DNA of 64,000 bases from Lama guanicoe (Eukaryota), in NCBI GenBank assembly GCA_013239625.1, contig MU054693.1, forward strand, positions 11,430,174-11,494,173. The letters are read 5' to 3'. The notes under the pieces were generated by a model. That model was not told where the DNA came from. It made no database searches and saw only the letters and a list, made by a program, of their open reading frames with translations. The first letter of the stretch is position 1; every line of letters begins with the position of its first letter. Below, one piece after another: positions 63,231-64,000 of the stretch. A program made the position numbers and the translations under genes.

Positions 63231-63579
63231 TTGTATCACTTATATGCAGAATCTAAAAGATAATACAAACAAGTGTATATGCAAAACAGAAAGAGACTCA
63301 AGGATATAGAAAACAAACCAGTGGTGAACAAAGAAGGGAGGGAAGGGGGAGGGACAAATTGGGATTTGGGATTAACAGATAGGAACTACTATGTATAAAA
63401 TAGATAAGTAACAAGGATGTATTACATAGCATAGAGAAATATAGTCATTCTCTTGTAGTAGCTTTTAATGGAATACAATCTATAACAAATACTGAATTCT
63501 ATCACCTGAAACTAATATTATACTTCAATAATAATATATATCAACTATACTTCAATAAAAATAAAATAAAAATGAAAAC
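63231..63579 (+). mobile_element. Camelid/cetartiodactyl-type L1 3' end with a ~20-bp TSD, inserted in a MIR
   Basis: 'atcacttatatgcagaatctaaa...gcaaaacagaaagagactca...tagataagtaacaaggat...tcaactatacttcaataaaaataaaataaaa'; TSD ttaagaatatcttgcgtgta (63211-63230) / ttaagaatatcttgcatgta (63580-63599), TT/AAGA endonuclease-like site. Confidence 0.93.
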
Positions 63580-64000
63580 TTAAGAATATCTTGCATGTAA
63601 CAAATTCTCAATAAATGGCAACTATTGTGATACTAATGTTCCCAATTTGAATCTATATGGTATTATATAATCTTATCACAGAGTAGGCACAGACTCAGCA
63701 GAGGGATCCTGGGATTCTGGCAGAGAAAGACCAGAGTTTTGTAGGCATCAGTGAAATGTGCTTTTCCCCAGAAGGGAGGGACCCACAGGCAGGCCTGATG
63801 TCCTGAGACCAGGCTTCTCTGTCCTCGGCAGGGGTCCAAGAGGCTGAACCCCTCTCCTCCTCTCCTTGGCGGTTGGCTCACACCCAGTGTACATATGAGG
63901 GATCTAGGAGCTGCTCTAGCTCCTGGGCTGGGCACCGCCCCCCCGCAGACTCCCACCAGTCTCCAGCTGCCAGATGAAGGTGACTTAGGAGATCTGGGGT

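Noticed and set aside
63925-63950. GC-box (ccgccccccc) suggesting a promoter
   Set aside because: A single motif with no CpG island or other promoter evidence inside the window.
1-64000. CRISPR arrays, prokaryotic systems, rRNA/snRNA/snoRNA genes, intact ERV or transposase ORFs
   Set aside because: None seen; the sequence is mammalian repeat-rich non-coding DNA with no regularly spaced repeat-spacer arrays or long intact ORFs.

Overview
This is 64 kb of mammalian non-coding DNA (intronic or intergenic), dense in ancient repeats: MIR, L2, L3/CR1, MLT1/MaLR and MER21 LTRs, and hAT-type MER5/MER20/MER58/MER102/MER112/MER117/MER119 elements. It also carries several younger truncated L1 3' ends of cetartiodactyl type. 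A tRNA-Ala/vic-1-like SINE head, together with no obvious Bov-A/BovB, PRE-1, CAN or Alu copies, suggests a camelid (inference). No protein-coding gene, intact RNA gene or CRISPR array is supported, and the listed ORFs look like chance ORFs or repeat remnants. There is one plausible 61-nt minus-strand internal exon (24951-25011) next to repeat-free sequence, but I cannot name the host gene. The most notable structure is a ~275-bp inverted repeat (41896-42170 / 43125-43405) with a 225-bp perfectly identical core and ragged edges, enclosing a 954-bp spacer with an enhancer-like motif cluster. The second is a 37-nt tailless tRNA/SINE 5'-half retro-insertion with a perfect 17-bp TSD inside an L1 (12476-12546). 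Repeat family names are from remembered consensus sequences, not a database search. Repeat boundaries are approximate unless TSDs are given.
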